A DNA stretch of 32,000 nt, from contig NZ_CP013011.1 in assembly GCF_001412615.1 (NCBI RefSeq), positions 750,001 to 782,000 on the forward strand. The letters are read 5' to 3'. Numbering within the stretch: position 1 is the first letter of the stretch; each line of letters begins with the position of its first letter. Below are positions 31,397 through 32,000 of this stretch, in pieces. This DNA is from Pyrodictium delaneyi. GTDB taxonomy: Archaea; Thermoproteota; Thermoprotei_A; Sulfolobales; Pyrodictiaceae. The notes below the pieces were generated by a model that was given only the letters and a program-made list of their open reading frames with translations, ran no database searches and was not told where the DNA came from. A program made the translations under genes and the position numbers.

Positions 31397-32000
31397 ATGC
31401 TCTGGTTCGTGTTGACAACTGGGGCTTGCAACTTGCGCTGCCAGTACTGTGGCGGGGGGTTTCCCCCAGAATACTCGCCCCCTCGTCCAGTATATGGGGC
31501 CGAGAAGCTCGTAGAGTCCATCAGACGGCTAGACCCGGATCCGGTGATCTTCTTCTACGGCGGAGAGCCACTAGTTAACCCGAAGCTGATAATGGAGGTT
31601 ATGGATCTCCTGCCGGAGGCCCGTTACGGGATACAGACCAACGGGCTACTCTACCGCCAGCTCCCCGAGGAGTACTGGGCCCGGTTCCACCGCGTCCTGC
31701 TCAGCATAGACGGCGTCGAGGAGATCACTGACCGGTGGAGGGGCCGCGGCGTCTACCGCCGCGTACTGAAGGCCCTAAGGTTCCTCAGAGAGCTGCAGAG
31801 GCGCCGAGGAGGCCCCGGGGCTGTCATAGCCAGGATGGCGGTGACCCATGACACGGTTATCGACAGAGATGTGCTGCACCTCCTCCTGGACCTTGGTTTC
31901 GACAAGGCTCACTGGCAGCTTGACGCGGTCTGGAGCCCGCCGTGGCCCATAGGCCGCTGGGCTAGGGAGAGTTACCTCCCGGGGCTAAGGAGGCTCGCAA
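31397..32000 (+). CDS. Radical SAM domain protein, 3'-truncated by the window edge (not in the supplied ORF track)
   Basis: My own translation of the frame starting at ATG 31397 gives MLWFVLTTGACNLRCQYCGGGFPPEYSPPRPVYGAEKLVESIRRLDPDPVIFFYGGEPLVNPKLIMEVMDLLPEARYGIQTNGLL...SIDGVEEITDRWRGRGVYRRVLKAL..., open to 32000. It has a CX3CX2C cluster motif (31427-31450) and FYGGEPL and QTNG motifs. Confidence 0.8.
   Translation, partial: MLWFVLTTGACNLRCQYCGGGFPPEYSPPRPVYGAEKLVESIRRLDPDPVIFFYGGEPLVNPKLIMEVMDLLPEARYGIQTNGLLYRQLPEEYWARFHRVLLSIDGVEEITDRWRGRGVYRRVLKALRFLRELQRRRGGPGAVIARMAVTHDTVIDRDVLHLLLDLGFDKAHWQLDAVWSPPWPIGRWARESYLPGLRRLA

Noticed and set aside
31345-31578. 77-aa ORF from the supplied track
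   Set aside because: It overlaps the radical SAM reading frame (ATG 31397), which carries the CX3CX2C and GGEPL motifs. The 77-aa frame has no motif. No frameshift is needed to explain the radical SAM N-terminus.
1-32000. Scan for tRNA, rRNA, CRISPR repeats, IS/transposase or integrase genes, and toxin-antitoxin or defence islands
   Set aside because: I found no cloverleaf-like segments in the larger spacers (3573-3927, 8391-8744, 10293-10690, 24465-24838, 31074-31396). There are no regularly spaced direct repeats and no transposase- or integrase-like ORFs. This was a by-eye scan, so small RNAs cannot be excluded.

Overview
Gene-dense segment (about 29 CDS) that looks archaeal. Evidence: class III pilin signal peptides (RG|xSPVVATALL), FlaI/TadC-type pilus machinery, AT-only TATA-like boxes upstream of starts, oligo-T tracts after stops, an O-phosphoserine-sulfhydrylase-type cysteine synthase, and many N-X-S/T sequons on exported domains. 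A hyperthermophilic crenarchaeon (Desulfurococcales/Pyrodictiaceae-like) is only my guess. I recognised no rRNA, tRNA, CRISPR array or IS element by eye. There are three blocks. (i) 1-8.4 kb holds two TusA-like genes, hemA, a Bat-type HTH regulator, a tandem DUF2795-like protein, and a minus-strand operon of a ParB/Srx-fold protein, cysteine synthase (OPSS type) and cysteine desulfurase. (ii) 8.7-15.2 kb (minus strand) is a type IV pilus locus: two short pilins, a secretion ATPase, a platform protein in two halves separated by one in-frame TAG, and a separately promoted two-domain KaiC-like ATPase. (iii) 15.5-31.1 kb is a run of eleven plus-strand genes. It joins cytochrome c maturation (Trx-CcdA fusion, CcmF with a very large extracytoplasmic insertion) to a membrane-anchored multihaem module. 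That module has an HAO-family octahaem cytochrome apparently lacking the cross-linking Tyr, a 632-aa polytopic membrane protein, a 13 CXXCH + 1 CX3CH cytochrome and a putative cytochrome b. Two transglutaminase-like exoproteins and other anchored proteins are interspersed. Block iii is the best candidate for an undescribed respiratory or electron-transfer system. A radical SAM gene missing from the ORF track runs off the right edge. All family calls come from motif recognition and alignments made from memory, with no database search.
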